Origin: Pseudogymnoascus verrucosus
Lineage: Eukaryota
DNA: 64,000 nucleotides
NCBI GenBank assembly: GCA_001662655.1
Contig: KV460250.1
Reading direction: 5' to 3' (one strand)
The notes under the pieces are model-generated. The model saw only the letters and a program-made list of their open reading frames with translations, did no database searches and was not told where the DNA came from. Positions 35,321 to 49,118 of this stretch are shown here, one piece after another (position 1 is the stretch's first letter; each line of letters starts with the position of its first letter). Made by a program: the position numbers and the translations under genes.

Positions 35321-36940
35321 ATGACCAATCTATCAGCCCCTGACGAGAGGTTCACAGTTTTCAGCGATCGCCAGAAGATCTTTCTTACCATCATCCTGAG
35401 CCTTGCTAACCTTGCGTCTCCCCTGGCTGCCACGAGCTACGTCCCACTACTGCCGCTCTTAAGTAGACTCTTTTCTACAAGTCTAGAAGCCATAAATCTT
35501 AGTGTCACTGTCTACGTGATATTCCAAGCGATATCGCCATCTCTGTTTGCCCCTTACGCAGACGTCCACGGTCGCCGTCCTGTCTTCCTTATCACATATT
35601 GCCTGTTCACCCTCGCATCTCTTGGCCTCGCCCTCAATGGTACTAAGTCATACGCTGGACTTCTAGTACTGAGGGCGCTGCAAAGTCTAGGTGCTAGTGC
35701 TGTACTCAGTCTCAGCTATGGCGTCGTGGCAGATGTTGCGATACCCTCAGAAAGGGGCAAGATGCTGGGTCCGATCGGGGCAATAGGAAACCTTGGAGTT
35801 TGCATTGGACCTGTAGTGGGAGGATCAATTGCCTTCGGAAGTGGAAATGTTAAGTGGGTATTCTGGTCTTTAGTGATCTTTGGAGGTGCGATGACCCTTG
35901 CGACTGGCCTAGTTTTTCCCGAGACTGGAAGGAACATTGTGGGAAATGGTGGCACACCTCCCACGGGTTGTTACCGAACTTGGTGGCGGGCTCTCTTCAG
36001 TCAGGAAGAAGGAAATGATGACGAAGCTATCCCAAGTGCTAGCAATAACGTCTTCGTTGTTGAGGCCCCAAGAGACAAAGCGATACAACATCGCTGGACG
36101 GTCTTGCTCCCCAAAAACCCATTTTTCGGGATTCGAATTATATTCTACAAGGACGCAGCTTTGGTTTTGTTTTTGAGCTCTATCTTCTATGCCACATACT
36201 ATTGCATCCAGGCGTCTATTTCAGTAATTTTTGAGTCGACCTACTCGTTTAATGCTCTTCAAGTTGGGTTGGCATACCTCCCAGGGGGCCTCGGATGCAT
36301 CATAGGCGCCACCTTCACTGGCAGTTTTATGGATCACAACTACAGAGTTACGGCTAATGAAATGGGACACGAGGTTGACAAGATTAAAGGTGATAACATG
36401 ATGGATTTTCCAATTGAGAGAGTGCGCACAAGATTCTGTTTGCACTTTTTGGTTTTATACACAGCAGCATTTGTAGGATATGGGTGGGCTGCCGAAACAC
36501 ATACTCACTTCTCTGTGTGTCTCATATTACAAGCTGTTTTGGGACTTTTTTGCATGCTCTTCAACATCGTATCACAAGCTCTCCTTATCGACATCTTTCC
36601 TGCAAACTCCAGTGCAGCTGCTGCTACAGGGAATCTTGCGAGATGTAGCCTCACGGCAATTCTCATATCTGTACTTCAACCAGGTCTTGACAAAATGGGT
36701 CGAGGCTGGTACTTTACACTGCTAGGCTTACTCAGTGGCCTTGGTGGCATTGTGGTCGTTCTCCTCATACGCTCAAGGGGACTACAGTGGCGAACTGAGA
36801 GGACAAAAGGGTCCCAAGAAGCCAAGTCTCCCGATAGTCCTCGTGGTAGCAACACTAATGTTTTGGACATTAAGCATTCACTAGATGAGATAAAGCACAG
36901 TCAATCTCAGGATGTTTGTGATGTCGAGAAGGCCTCCTAG
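35321..36940 (+). CDS. MFS drug:H+ antiporter (DHA1, Qdr-like)
   Basis: Many TM segments; motifs ADVHGRRP, LRALQSLG, ERG, GPVVGG, FPETGRNIVGNG. Confidence 0.92.
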   Translation: MTNLSAPDERFTVFSDRQKIFLTIILSLANLASPLAATSYVPLLPLLSRLFSTSLEAINLSVTVYVIFQAISPSLFAPYADVHGRRPVFLITYCLFTLASLGLALNGTKSYAGLLVLRALQSLGASAVLSLSYGVVADVAIPSERGKMLGPIGAIGNLGVCIGPVVGGSIAFGSGNVKWVFWSLVIFGGAMTLATGLVFPETGRNIVGNGGTPPTGCYRTWWRALFSQEEGNDDEAIPSASNNVFVVEAPRDKAIQHRWTVLLPKNPFFGIRIIFYKDAALVLFLSSIFYATYYCIQASISVIFESTYSFNALQVGLAYLPGGLGCIIGATFTGSFMDHNYRVTANEMGHEVDKIKGDNMMDFPIERVRTRFCLHFLVLYTAAFVGYGWAAETHTHFSVCLILQAVLGLFCMLFNIVSQALLIDIFPANSSAAAATGNLARCSLTAILISVLQPGLDKMGRGWYFTLLGLLSGLGGIVVVLLIRSRGLQWRTERTKGSQEAKSPDSPRGSNTNVLDIKHSLDEIKHSQSQDVCDVEKAS

Positions 36941-36991
36941 TCGTATTATAGGGGAGTAACTAAAATATACTAAACTCATTAGTAAATAACT

Positions 36992-37900
36992 CTATTTACC
37001 CACTACAGGAAAATAATTTTCCCAGTGATGCTCTTCCTTAAACCCTAGCACTTCCTTTACTTTCACATTAGACATTGGTGCCTCAAACTCGCCCATCTCG
37101 CGCGTAAACGGGGTATTGGGGCACTGCTCCTTTAGAAACTTCATTGTCGAGTTCTTGCTCGTAATCGAGTCATTCGTTGCGTTAAAAACCTGGAACCCCA
37201 ATCCCGATTTCTCCAACCCCAAATTGCAAATCTGCCCCAAATCCCTCGCATCCGTGTATGACCACGAATGGTTCTTCCACTTCTGCGGCTCATTGACATA
37301 GCTGTGGAACAGATCGTCTTTGTACTCATGCGGCTCAATTACGTTGCCAATGCGTAGGCAGTAGATGTCGACGTCAAAGCGGCGTGCGAAGCCCCGTGCA
37401 ATCCGCTCAATGCACATCTTGGAGATGGCATAGGTGTCCATGGGATTGACGTCAATTTCCTCGTCGATGGGGAAAGACTCATAGTCGATGTCACCGGACG
37501 CGAACGCAACGCCGTATACGCTCCCCGTGCTTGCGAGGATGATCTTCTTGACACCAAGCTTGCAGGCTGCATCAATAACATTGTAGGCCGAGAGGGTATT
37601 TATGCGAAATGTCTCGTCATCAGTGCAGAGCATGTTGCGTGCCATGCCGGCGAAATGGATTACAGCATGTGGAGTTGGAGGAGTTCCCGGTGGGTTTGGC
37701 GATGAGAGTTTGAATTGTCCGCAGAGGGCGTTGAATACTTGGCCGGGTTGCGTGAGGTCTGTTTTGAGGGTATAGACATTAGGCTGATTCAGCGGCTCGA
37801 GGTCGAGGTTTAAGACTTCATGGCCTTTCTTAAGGAGCTCGGGAATGACATGTCGTCCCGCTTTGCCAGAACCGCCAGTGAAAATAACTCGCTTGCCCAT
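36992..37900 (-). CDS. NAD-dependent epimerase/dehydratase (extended SDR)
   Basis: TGGSGKAG Rossmann motif and YAISK catalytic motif; intronless. Confidence 0.92.
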   Translation of the reverse strand: MGKRVIFTGGSGKAGRHVIPELLKKGHEVLNLDLEPLNQPNVYTLKTDLTQPGQVFNALCGQFKLSSPNPPGTPPTPHAVIHFAGMARNMLCTDDETFRINTLSAYNVIDAACKLGVKKIILASTGSVYGVAFASGDIDYESFPIDEEIDVNPMDTYAISKMCIERIARGFARRFDVDIYCLRIGNVIEPHEYKDDLFHSYVNEPQKWKNHSWSYTDARDLGQICNLGLEKSGLGFQVFNATNDSITSKNSTMKFLKEQCPNTPFTREMGEFEAPMSNVKVKEVLGFKEEHHWENYFPVVGK

Positions 37901-38339
37901 TTTCTAGAAGTATGTGAATTGTCACAATTTGAAAGGGATAGGATATAGATAGAAGCTAATCTTCTCAAGATTTTGAAGAGAGTGCGACTGAAGCTGAGGC
38001 TGACACAACCCCGCACTTGCCAAAAGCATGGGGTGATCTTAGCCGCAACTTGTCGACTCTCAACCCCATAGTTACAGCACGGATTGATTGGATGCATGCC
38101 ACTGTTGTCATCCTAGACTATCCTGCCGAAATCATCTTCAATTCTTGTTAATTGGAGCGTTAAATTTGTTAACAGTGTCATTTTGTCGTGGTTTTGAAAG
38201 ATAGTCTTGATTTTATGCTAGAATAATGTGGTTTTCCCTTTTCCTTTAAGTTCTAGGTAGACAGTACCAGAGACATAGCTACGAGTATTCTCAGAGGAAA
38301 GTCCTCGCCGAACCTTCTCACTAACTAATTTCTACACGT

Positions 38340-41300
38340 CTATCTAATAGTCAACCTTCCACCTTGCCTCCCTGGTAGCCTTCTACCAGCTCTCGGCCAA
38401 ACTCCTGTTTCATTAGTATCCAGTCCCCGTTTTATAACGGCAACCTCTTCTCCTCTAACGAATAGGATATCTCCAGACTTCGTAACACAAATTATCAACT
38501 CTAAATTCGAGCTTAACCAATCTGCAGGGACGAAGAAGTGACGCGTAACAGCGAATGTTTTCTGGTCTGTTGAGCAGATCCAGCCCGATGCATCTAGGAA
38601 GATGAGACGTTTACCATATGGGCCAATTAGGTATTCGACTTGCGATGACAGAGAGAGCGAGTTTGGAACTGGTTTTGCTGTTGTAGTTGATGAAGACTTA
38701 GGAGGTGTCTGGAAGGAGGCCGTAGGATATAGAAGTAGATTGAAGCGTTTGGTGTGAGCTTGTAGGAAGTGAGAGAATGATGTTGCTATGACCAGGTCGT
38801 CGTAGCAAGGAGTGATGGATTCAATGCTGGCTCCAAATAAACCGTCTCCCTCAAGGAGAATGCCAGTATCCCCAGTTAAGCAAGATAGTTTATCCCAGTC
38901 GAATATGTGGGCTGTATGTCCCGTTATCAAGATCACATCGCGTTTGTTCGGTAGAGCTGCCCAGCGATGCGGTCCATCGTCATCTCTCTTTCTAGTGGCT
39001 ACAATTGCATTTAAATCTCCTGTCATCTGATACAATGTATCCACACCTGGTGAACAAACCAGCATCCGAGTGTGGCCTTCGTTATTCAGGATTTGCTCAA
39101 TTGCGAATCCAGGCTTTAAATCAAACTGTGCGCCGCTCACTTGCCACTCATTTCTCACCCTAATTAATTTGTGCGTCATTATTCGTCCGGACGCAGCAGA
39201 GCTGCAAAGTATTTGACTTGTTGCGTCAACGAAGAGTGATAAAATGGATGCTCGGTCGGGATGCTTGTATAAAACCTTGATTTCCTTCCCATCTTTCGTG
39301 CTGTATAGGGATACAGAGCCGTCGCTCTTGCCGCACAAGAAAACAGCACCACTATCATGTTCGCAAATGGCCGTAATCAAGACTTCGTCTCCGGAATTAT
39401 CATATTGAAGCTCCTGATTGGCAGTGGAGACAGAGACAGTATCACTGTTGTCGGTCTCGTCATCTTGTCGCAGTAAAGCGACTGGGTTCCATATTTTACA
39501 TTGGGAACCTCGGCCAACAAGAAGCCGAGAACCGTCGCCGTTGAAGCAGAGAGCTTTGATTCCCCAATCTCGAGATTGGATACGAAAGAAAGGCTTGAGA
39601 GTCTCGAAATCAAAGACTTGTACCACACCAGAGGAATCAAAGCTGGCTAGCGTTCGCCCATTTGGAGAGACTGCTAGTGACTGTGCACTGGCTTGTACAC
39701 TTTCCTTTCGGCACCCATCGGCGGTATCAAAAACCACAATGTCTCCCTCGAAATAACTTACAGCAAAAAGAGTAGAGTCTGGTGCCGGGTTAAAGACCAC
39801 GGCGTACATAGTCGTATTTTGTCTCCTGTCATTTGATGTTGACAACCCAGTGTCCTTGTTATAGGTTTCATACCTCATGCTACCACTGAGATCCCAAACA
39901 AGGATGTCCTGCCCACGATAAATCCCAGCAAGCTGGTATTGGCTACCACTCATGGTAACATAACTCGGGCGGCGAAATGTTTTCGCCGGCCGACCTTCAT
40001 CGTCGATTGTCCACTCTAGAGGTTCCGCGGATTCTCCTGTTTCGAGGTCATATTCAACAAGCTCGTTGTTTCTCATTGCTGCAAGCAAGATTTGGTTTTC
40101 CTCTATGAAAATAACAGACATGCACATTTGGCGTAGATCGAATTTCCACGTTCGGGTCCATGAATCGAGAGACCATATCTGTAGCTTCTTAATACCACAA
40201 GTCGCCAGGATGCTTGAAGAGGTTGAAAATTGTATGAATCGAACTGCTTCGCCGCAATCAAGAAGCTTTACTTCCTGACAAGTTGTATCCTGATATATGC
40301 CCACTTTCCCAGTACTGAGCCCGATCGCAAAGAATTTGTCCGAGGATGCTATTGCTGTGACAATTGCATCCGAAAAATAGATTGTTGATAGGCAATCATC
40401 CCAAGCTGTAGCTGAGAGGCCAACAACAGAGATATCTCTTGGTGAGTTTCCGAACTGCCGCCTTATAGCGCTCTCAGGCGGACAAAAAGGTGGAATAAGA
40501 TTAAATATTGAGCTTGGCGAAGCAGTTAGGGAGCTTCCAAACTTAGTAGCTAGGCGGATGAGGTCAGACGACCAAGAATTGATGGTTGCTACATCTTGGC
40601 CTAGAAGAGACATGTGTTTTGAGCGACGTCGTAGAATATTTATAAACGAATTTCCAGTTTGAATGAGTCGATCGAGGCCATTGTGGGATGCTAAGTACTC
40701 TATCCACGGCAGTACATTAGGGGATGACAAGAAAGTCGCAAGTGCAACAATGAATTCATCGTCAGTAGAGTCGATGAATGTGATATGGTTCGATAAATAT
40801 TTACTGGCGTAGGCAACGAAAGGTGATCGAGTTGGAACTGCCCCGCTAGCACTTGGACGGCGCTTCACGCCCCCTATATCCGGACCAGAGAGATATTTTA
40901 GACATATTAGGGCTAGACGTTTATGCCCATCCTTTCGATTGATAGAAAAGTCAGAATCCTTATAGCGTAGCAGATATTCTTTCGCAGTCTGGTGTATGAC
41001 GTGTACTCGTGACTGAATATCCACATACACGAGCTGACCACAAGTCGTTTCAATTGCCCGTACAACACTGTGTATGCTATCATCTAAATCGAGCTCTAGG
41101 GCGTTATGAAGTTCCTCGATAGTCATAGGCCTTGCCGAGCAAACAACCCAATGTAGGATTGCTTTCGCTATATCGTTTCCTTGAGGTTCATCTGACATAG
41201 ACGTTAGGATCCTCGTGTATAGATCGTCCATATCGCTTGGTGTTTCCTCTAAAATGCGCTGTGTGTCTGAAACAGTTTGGACGTTGCTCAATTGCTGCAA

Positions 41301-43166
41301 CACTAGATTCACCCAGAGAAAGCACCCGGCGGACTTCTCCAAAATAGTGTCTACCATGACTTTGCGCTCCTCGTCTGTTGACTGTGGCAGATTGTGAATG
41401 TTGTCCTGCAAGTATAGAGCAATGTCGCTTTTCGTCTCATCTGACCCGATTGTCTCAGCGTATACTTTCGCTTTCAGGGCACTAAGATTTTTCGGGGCTT
41501 CAAAGCGACGTCGATGGGTGATGAAAACTCGTACATCGCAAATGTCGGTTAGTTTCAGAAGGTATGCAACAAGTTCCGTATTTTCTTTGCACTCATCCAG
41601 GGCATCTAATACCCAGTAGACCCTCTGGATCTTCAAACGCAATATCCCTTCCACAAATAGCTTTCTCCAAACAGTTCGATGATCTGTCGATTTACCGATA
41701 CTACCATCTTTGCTACAGATCTCAATGACTGTCTCCATGATATCTCGCTGAGCAACAGCCATTTGCCACGCCAAGGATAGTAGGCATAATGTGATCCGTG
41801 ACTTGTCCTTGTCCCCATGGGAGAAAAAATAGTAACAGCACTTTAGATCTGCATCTTTAAGATGCTTAATAACGAAGCCACATAATATAGACTTCCCCGT
41901 TGCTGGATTTGCGCTGACCCAGTAGATCCAGGGGTTCATTGAGTTTCTCCATTCTAGGAACACGTCCTTTCTTAAAATCCACTCGCATGATCCTGGCATT
42001 CTCACAGACTCGACTGCCATTAATTCATCACCAGGAGCTTCTGAAATTTGAAGGCAGAGATTCAACTGATCTTGCAGGGCGTCTAGATCCTTTTTGCTAT
42101 CAATTAGCAGTGGCTCATGCCTGAAACTGTGGATTGCCGCTGCCAAAGCGTTGCGGACAGTTCTGTAGTTGACATCGTCCCGGTTAAGAAACTTGACGAC
42201 GTGCCGATGATCCGCATTGAGATATGCTGTGCGCTCGTTACGATATCCTAAAGTCGCCATGTCTCGTTGTACGATAATTACTTTAGTCCCTCCTATGCTT
42301 ATCGGCATGGTTTCGTAGAAAGAATATAGTTGGAGCTCTTCACATAATGCCGGGAACTCATCGTTTATTGACTGTGTGATTTGAGAATTCCTATGAAGAT
42401 CCATAACAAATGGTCGAATTCCAGATGTTAGGTTAAGAATTTTAGTGAACGTCGTTGCTAAATCAGATCCACGATGAGGAGTAGCAAGAAAGAACATTGC
42501 CTTGGTGCGTATCCCAATCATAGTATATTCGTGTGAGGCTCGCGCAATTATGTATGATTTCTTAACGACAAGCCCGCCCATGCTATGTGCAGCAAAAACC
42601 AGCGGAATCTATAAAATATTAGGCTGGGCTTTCTCAATAATTCTAGAGTATTAAACTCACATCTGAATTTCTCTTTACAATTGCAGGGCAGTCCATTATC
42701 GCGACAAGAAGAGACTTCGCAAAGTCATGGATGTTTAGGGTGCTTTCTTTCGTCCAGTTCGAATCATATCCGAAAGAATGTATCCGTACATCGCTGAAGC
42801 CATCTTCATATGGCAGCCACCTTTCTGGCCAGTAGAGATTGGGATCCAAAGTTCCATTTTGGGATTCGGTCCAGGTACTTTGGGAACCTCCTCCAAGCCC
42901 GTGTACAAATATTAAATCTGCGATAGCATCTAACGGATCGTGTAGAGTGTTCAGTCCCAGCGGGCCTTTCTTGTCCACTACTGGAGATAGATCACTGGTG
43001 CTTGTGCTGTTTCTCGAGAAGGTCCGGCCGAAGATAGAAGGCGTAATACTCGAATTCGTTTTCCGCCTGTCCCCCGACCATTGCTGAGGTTCTTGGACTA
43101 TATCTCAGTTAACTTTAGGAGACACAAGATGGCTACATATAACCTACTTGCGTTCAATCTGTCCAT
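38340..43166 (-). CDS. Fungal NLR-type protein: alpha/beta-hydrolase (SesB-like) - NACHT - WD40-like repeats
   Basis: FVHGLGG and AHSMGG (joined across intron 42609-42660); P-loop SANPATGKS; Walker B VLDALDEC; HQTAKEYL; beta-propeller-like C-terminus. The start at 43166 is inferred via a short first exon. Confidence 0.9.
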
Positions 43167-44034
43167 CTCCCAGCACCGCGTTATGCGACACGCGACACGC
43201 AACAAGAAACTCCGTCTCTGTCGCACTCTATCGTGGAAGGCTAGTAATCTCACAAGGCTGGCAACATGAAGGGCCTTTTCCAGAGGCGGCAAATATTAGC
43301 CAATAGCAATTGGCCTTCGGTCCTGGTGTGAAGCCGTGAGGATTTGCGCAAGCTTCGCTTCAAGTTATGGTGTGCTCGGCTTCATTTCGACCTTGATGGC
43401 AAGGCGGCTAGGTAAAAGCGAACGATGACAGTTCCGAGGGAGGAGCAAATGCCCGTCGCTCCATGGGGGGCTGTTCTAACTAGTACAAATTGAGGGGTCT
43501 CTGCATATTCTCCAAGGATGTTGCAGAAATTCCTTCTGCTTAGCCATCCAGGTTAGATGTAGTGTGTTGGTTTATTAATAATCTGCAGTGATCCGTAACA
43601 GCTACCACTACAACTTGTAATAAATCTGACTATACTAAACGTTTCTACTTAGTTTCTTAACAATTATTTCACTTCTTCTTATAATCTGTTATATTTGCTA
43701 TAGCGGCCCATTTCTAAAAGTAAAAATTCGCCTAAGAATTTATAAGGCTCTGTACTAACCAGAGGCGCCCCGACTCCCCCCTGTCCAGGCGTAACGTACT
43801 ACATGCACTGTGCAACCTTCAGCCATGCAGGCAGGCATGCGGTCAGTTGTGTCTTGAATACTGATTTGTAGAGCACGCATCAGCCCCAAAGTTAGTTAAA
43901 GCGGCAGTAGGATTAATGAGAGTACTTAATAAGGCCTAACCCAACAGCGAGAAGGGAGGATTGTTGTAGTAGATTGCTCGTCTTTTTGAAAACTATCAAC
44001 CTGCAAAAGTGCCAAAGTGCCACAAGCCTGCAAA

Positions 44035-45518
44035 ATGCCTAGAGATTGGGATGCATCCGAGGACACAGAGAATGACGTGCCAGCATATGTCATTGAAACG
44101 GTTGATGATGCAGTGAAAGAATGTTAGACTACTGATTTTTAGTTACCACTGTGAGTTCATGCTAATGATATATCAGTTCTGCCACCTGGAACAGAAGTAA
44201 TCGATATCACTCCACACGGGTCATCATTCTGGACCCGAACAGCAGAGATCCAAACTCAACAGGCAGATGGTTCTGACCTCTCGTTTTTCATCAAGGTAAT
44301 TATAACAATTAATTAGAGGGTGTTCTAAACAAGGTACTAAATGCGTGTTAAGGTTTTGTATGGCGACAATGGGAAGCTCAACTCGAGGGGAGAATTTGCA
44401 TCAATGACTGCACTCCACGCAGCAAGTACGTCTAAGCTATATTCTCAGGCGTCTATAACAATATCCCTAATTATCTTGCTGCTAAGTTCTTAATTACTGA
44501 CTCCGCAAACCTACGTAGATCCAGAACTTACTCCACGACCAATCGCAGTCGGCACCTACCAGTCCGACCCTAAAGCCCACTTCTTCCTCTGCCAATTCAT
44601 GGACATGACCGATGAGCTGCCTGACCTCTACAACTTCCCCGCCAAACTCGCAAAGTTGCATGAGAACTCCGTCTCACCAACCGGCCAATACGGGTTTGGA
44701 ACTCCAACATGTCTGGGTGTTGGCCGCCCGCATTACCACAAATGGACCGATACCTGGGAAGAGTTCTACCTGAACTTCTTTCTAGACGTAGCTGGTTATG
44801 AGCAAGAGGTTCAGGGCCCCGATGAAGAGATGGCAGAGCTCGTAAAGGCTATTGCTGAGAAGGTAATTCCGAGACTATGTCGCCCGCTCGAGACTGGAGG
44901 CAGAAGCATTAAACCGCGTCTGATTCATGGCGATTTGTGGGATGGTAATGCCTCTGTCGTTATTGAGACTGGGCTTCCAGTTATCTTCGATGCGTGCAGC
45001 ATGTACACGCATAACGAGTGTAAATCGAACCATTCCTTCGAGCACGAGTACCTTATTAACCGACTGCATTAGATGAGCTTGCGCCTTTCGTTTTGCCCCG
45101 TCACAAGATGAATCGCCCCTACATCAAAGAATACATCAAGTTCTTCCCACCTTCCGAGCCCGTGGAAGACTTCGAAGACCGTGTAGCACTTTATGCTACG
45201 TGAGTATTCCGTATTGTGTAACTGATAGATTATCGAGTTAATCAAAACCTAACAGGCGTTTTGATATCATATCATCTTCGGTTTATCCTGGAAATCTGAG
45301 ATTCCGCAACTTGTAGGTTTGATTCCTCCCTACCTAGTGACTACTCCTAATTTAAATTTAGGGTTAAAATTGAGATGAGGAAGCTTGTTAACAAATATCC
45401 AAATGGGTATGCAGATTTTAAAGACACGTCTAAGTTGGATGCGAAGTTGACAAATGTAACCGAAGCGGCACCGTGGCAAAGTCTCGCCATACCAGGGAAC
45501 CAAGCTATCTCTACATAA
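44035..45518 (+). CDS. Fructosamine-3-kinase-like protein (multi-exon)
   Basis: Motifs SFWTRT, FFIKV, LAKLH, YGF, PRLIHGDLWDGN, IFDA, HNE. Confidence 0.88.
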
Positions 45519-45850
45519 ACACAATAGCACACCAGAACTTCTCAATCAGGGATTTTCAAACATTAACTCGAGTGATTCATTATATACTAGCCCACAACTA
45601 TCTCTACCCTCCCCCCCATCATATGTGTAGCCACCCATCATCATAAAAAGAAAACATTCATACAGTCCAGTCCAGCCATCAGTGGTATCATATCGCAACG
45701 CTAAATCTGACAACTCGTTGCATGTATTCGAAGAAAGCCTGTCCCTGAACTGGACCAAATCCTCCAGTAAAAGTAGAAGTGTGAATCGAAGGGACAAAAG
45801 AAAAAGTACGAAAAAAAAATCCATCAATGAACATTCGTTACCCCCCGGCC

Positions 45851-48489
45851 TTAGAAGGCATCTTCAAAGGGGCAGTCTACGCTCTCGTGCCCGTCGCGCT
45901 CGCAGAGTGCACACCATCTATTCACATCGATGACTCCGCTCTCCTTCCCAGCCACTGGCCCGTCGATGGAGGGGTTCGGGAGGATGGATACAGGGGGCGC
46001 ACTTGGCTTCTTTGCTGGCGACAGGGGAGCAGGTCTGTAGTTCTCCATCTTTGGTGGGTATGGCTTCAGTCCTTCGCGTGAGATGTCTCTGCCGTTGCGC
46101 GAGGGTGCAGGGGGGTTCGGGTTGTTCGCAAGGTGGGATCCAGTGTTATTGTTCGTCGTTGCTGACTTTGCGCCAAACATGTTTGTACAGGTGAGGATAT
46201 CGTGTCCGCCGGTCTCGCAAATCTCACACCAGAGGACACTGCCCTCAGTCGTGGCGGAGTAGGTGTCGCTCTCTGCCATCGTCTCGAGAGTATTGCCTCT
46301 CCTGTGGGTTTCAGGTGATCCTGGTGGCCTGTCGCGCCAGCTTCCGACAGAGCTGCGGACGTCCTTGTTGAGTTGCTTGTCTGCTGTGACGGTGCCGGTG
46401 CTTCCGATCGTGATTGCACTGGCGCGTTGATTCTTCAAAGAGCCAACAGTACTGCCTCTCTTGAGCTCCGCTAGTTCACGTTGAAGCTCTTCTTCGCGGT
46501 TAGATTTTGACTCGACCGTGCGGCGGAGCTCAGCAACTTCATTCTCTAAAGCTTCCCGTGCCTGGTGATCGTCTGCAGACTCAGACAATCCCTGGCTTTG
46601 GCGTTTGTTACGACTACCAACGCTGCCGTGTCGCTGTGTAGGGGTCTTTTGCGGGTCGGCGTCAGGTACCTGGTCGCGGCTGAGAGAGTGAATGATTGCT
46701 TTCAGGCCTCTGATTTCGTCGTCACGTTGTTCTAGCTCTTTTGATCCCGATGCTTCGTTCTGACGGGGCGCTTCTTGTTGAGCAGCTGCTGCTTTCTCAC
46801 GTTCGCGGCGCAGCTCCGCACGACCACGCTCGACTTCGCCTCGCAGGAACTCGACTTCTCCACGGGCCTCCGATTCACCGCGCCGAGCATCCTCCAGGCC
46901 CTCCTCGAGCTCCTGAACAAGCTCTTCTAACTGTTTCAGTTGAGCTGCGACGCTGTGCACGTCATCGCTTCGGTCCTGGTGCTCTCTGAGCTCCTGTACG
47001 AGGTCCTCGACCCTCTTCTCGTAGACACGTTCTGTCTCATTACTCGCCATCTCCAGTGTATCGATCGTACTCCTGAAATCCGCTCGGTGCGCATCGAATT
47101 CCGACGTAAGCATGGCGATCTTCTCGTTCTTCTCGCGCAGCAGCGTGCGCAACTGTGAAGTATCCCGATCCTCCATGCTACCCCTGTTCTTGCTCCCGGC
47201 ATCTGAGCCACCCATTAATGACTGGACCTCAGCCAAGCTGTTCTCCATCTCTGCAAGACTGGTCGCCTGTTCCTTCAGCTGCTTGTCTCGTTCCTCCAGC
47301 TGTGTTCGTAGCCTTTGAAGATCCTCTTCATGTTCTTTTGCTCTCGCCTCGGCAGGGCGCAACTTGGCATTGAAGGAGGACGTAGAGCCTAAGCTCTCAT
47401 TATTATTCGTAGTCCTAGCGGTGCCGATTGGTGTAGTTTCATCGTCGCTGTAGTTCATAGGCGCGCCGCCAAGGGCAGACGCACTCCTCGGTCCGGCGCC
47501 CGATTTTATAGGGTTTCTCGGGGTGAATGCGAGCTTCTTTGGCGGGTCTCCTGCTGTGTCTCTTGTACCTCTTACACTCTGTCCGAACTTCGCTGGTGTC
47601 GGGCTAGGCGCATAACGTGGAGCGCCCTTGGGGCCAGGTGTGCCACTAATCGATGGCCTCGAAGCCTGTGGTAGTCGCAAAGGTGATTCAGGTCTAGGGA
47701 GTGATGGTCTTGACCTCTTGAACTGCGGGCTTGGAGCGCGCCCAGGCCCTAGAGATTGGCTGAAGTTCGGAAGCGACGGAGTTGGAGGTGTGTAAGTTTG
47801 GTACCCCTGACCTCCGCGACTACTCCCCGGTGTCGTCGGTGTGTGAGGAAACGAGCTTCCAGATGTCGATCGTGAACTGCGGCGGGTGGCCCGCGCGACA
47901 GGAAGAAATATACCTGCGCCAGGTATGGAGGTCTTGAAGTACGAAACACTAAATAGGAGTCAGTGCCCATAGTTTGCGACACGGATCAGTGGGCTTACCC
48001 ATCAACGTCTCCATTGTTCTTGCCCCTTGAAGAGTACTCCTCGCTCAGCTCTACACCCGCGAACACTCCTTTCTTACCTGCCACAGTGCCCAGGAACTTC
48101 ACAGTTCCATGCATGTGCCCAGGTACGTCCACCAGCTCACCAACCTCCACCTCGCCCTCATCGCCCCTTGGTGTATGTTGTGCCATATTTCCCTGTCCCT
48201 CACTGATGATAGAATCCTCGTCCAGTACCGTACTCAATCCGTAAGTTTCACTAGCATCCGGTATGGTGGCCAAAGAGCCCTGAGTAAGCGCACTGAGTGA
48301 TGTCTTCCGCGCCAGGAGGCCGGCGACCCTACTGCCACCAAGAGTGGGTACAGGCGGGGCAGCGGCGTTGGAATATGCAGTGGAAAGATTAGGAGTCGAA
48401 ACTGTATTAATGCCGCCGGAAAGTTTGGTCAGAGAGGGTCGTGGTCGGAGGAGAGTGCGGCGCGGCGTTGGGGGTGTTTGGGTCGACAT
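45851..48489 (-). CDS. CLIP-170/Bik1/Tip1-like microtubule plus-end protein (intron 47949-47998)
   Basis: CAP-Gly domain (GVEL...GKNNGDVDG), long coiled coil, two zinc knuckles (CEICETGGH...C and CALCERDGH...C), terminal EDAF. Confidence 0.93.
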
Positions 48490-49118
48490 GGAGAACTGAG
48501 TTTCGTCCCTATTATTTATTTTGCCGGTCGCCGTTTGTTTTGGGATCGCGCGTCGGGGAGGCGGTACACTGCCGTCAACACACCACCACTACAACGGGGA
48601 AAACGTGATCAAAGTTCCCGCTGTGGATGCAAGGAGGAATGCCAGGACCCGTAACTACAGTAACTGGTAAAAACAAAGGAATTTAAAGTGGTCGTAGTCG
48701 TGGTGGTGGTGGTGGTCGTCGTCGTGAAAGTCGTCGTTGGATAGTTGCATGCTATGAACAGAACGTCGCATTCAGCAGCAATGTTTCCTTTGTTGTTGTT
48801 TAGCTGAAAGGAAAAGGTTCTTTTTCCCATTATTTACACTAACATGCTCGAGGTAACCCAGCATATGCGGGAGGGCGGTACGCACCAAGCAGTAATTGGC
48901 CCCTGCCCCTGCAGCTCACCGCCCAATGCCAATGGGGAAGTCATCGTCGGTCAGCATATATCCATGTCAGACACTCATATCCGACTTTACACTTTTAGCT
49001 GCAGAACTACGAGCATGCCAGGGAAGCGGCTCTGGGATGGAGCGGGTTTGAGGCACGAAAAAGGAGGTTCCAGACACAATCAAGTTAAGACTATTTTCTT
49101 TTTCTGCGGCTGATGGGC

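Noticed and set aside
43560..43760. AT-rich patch resembling a RIP-degraded repeat
   Set aside because: Too short, with no termini or coding remnants to support an element call.
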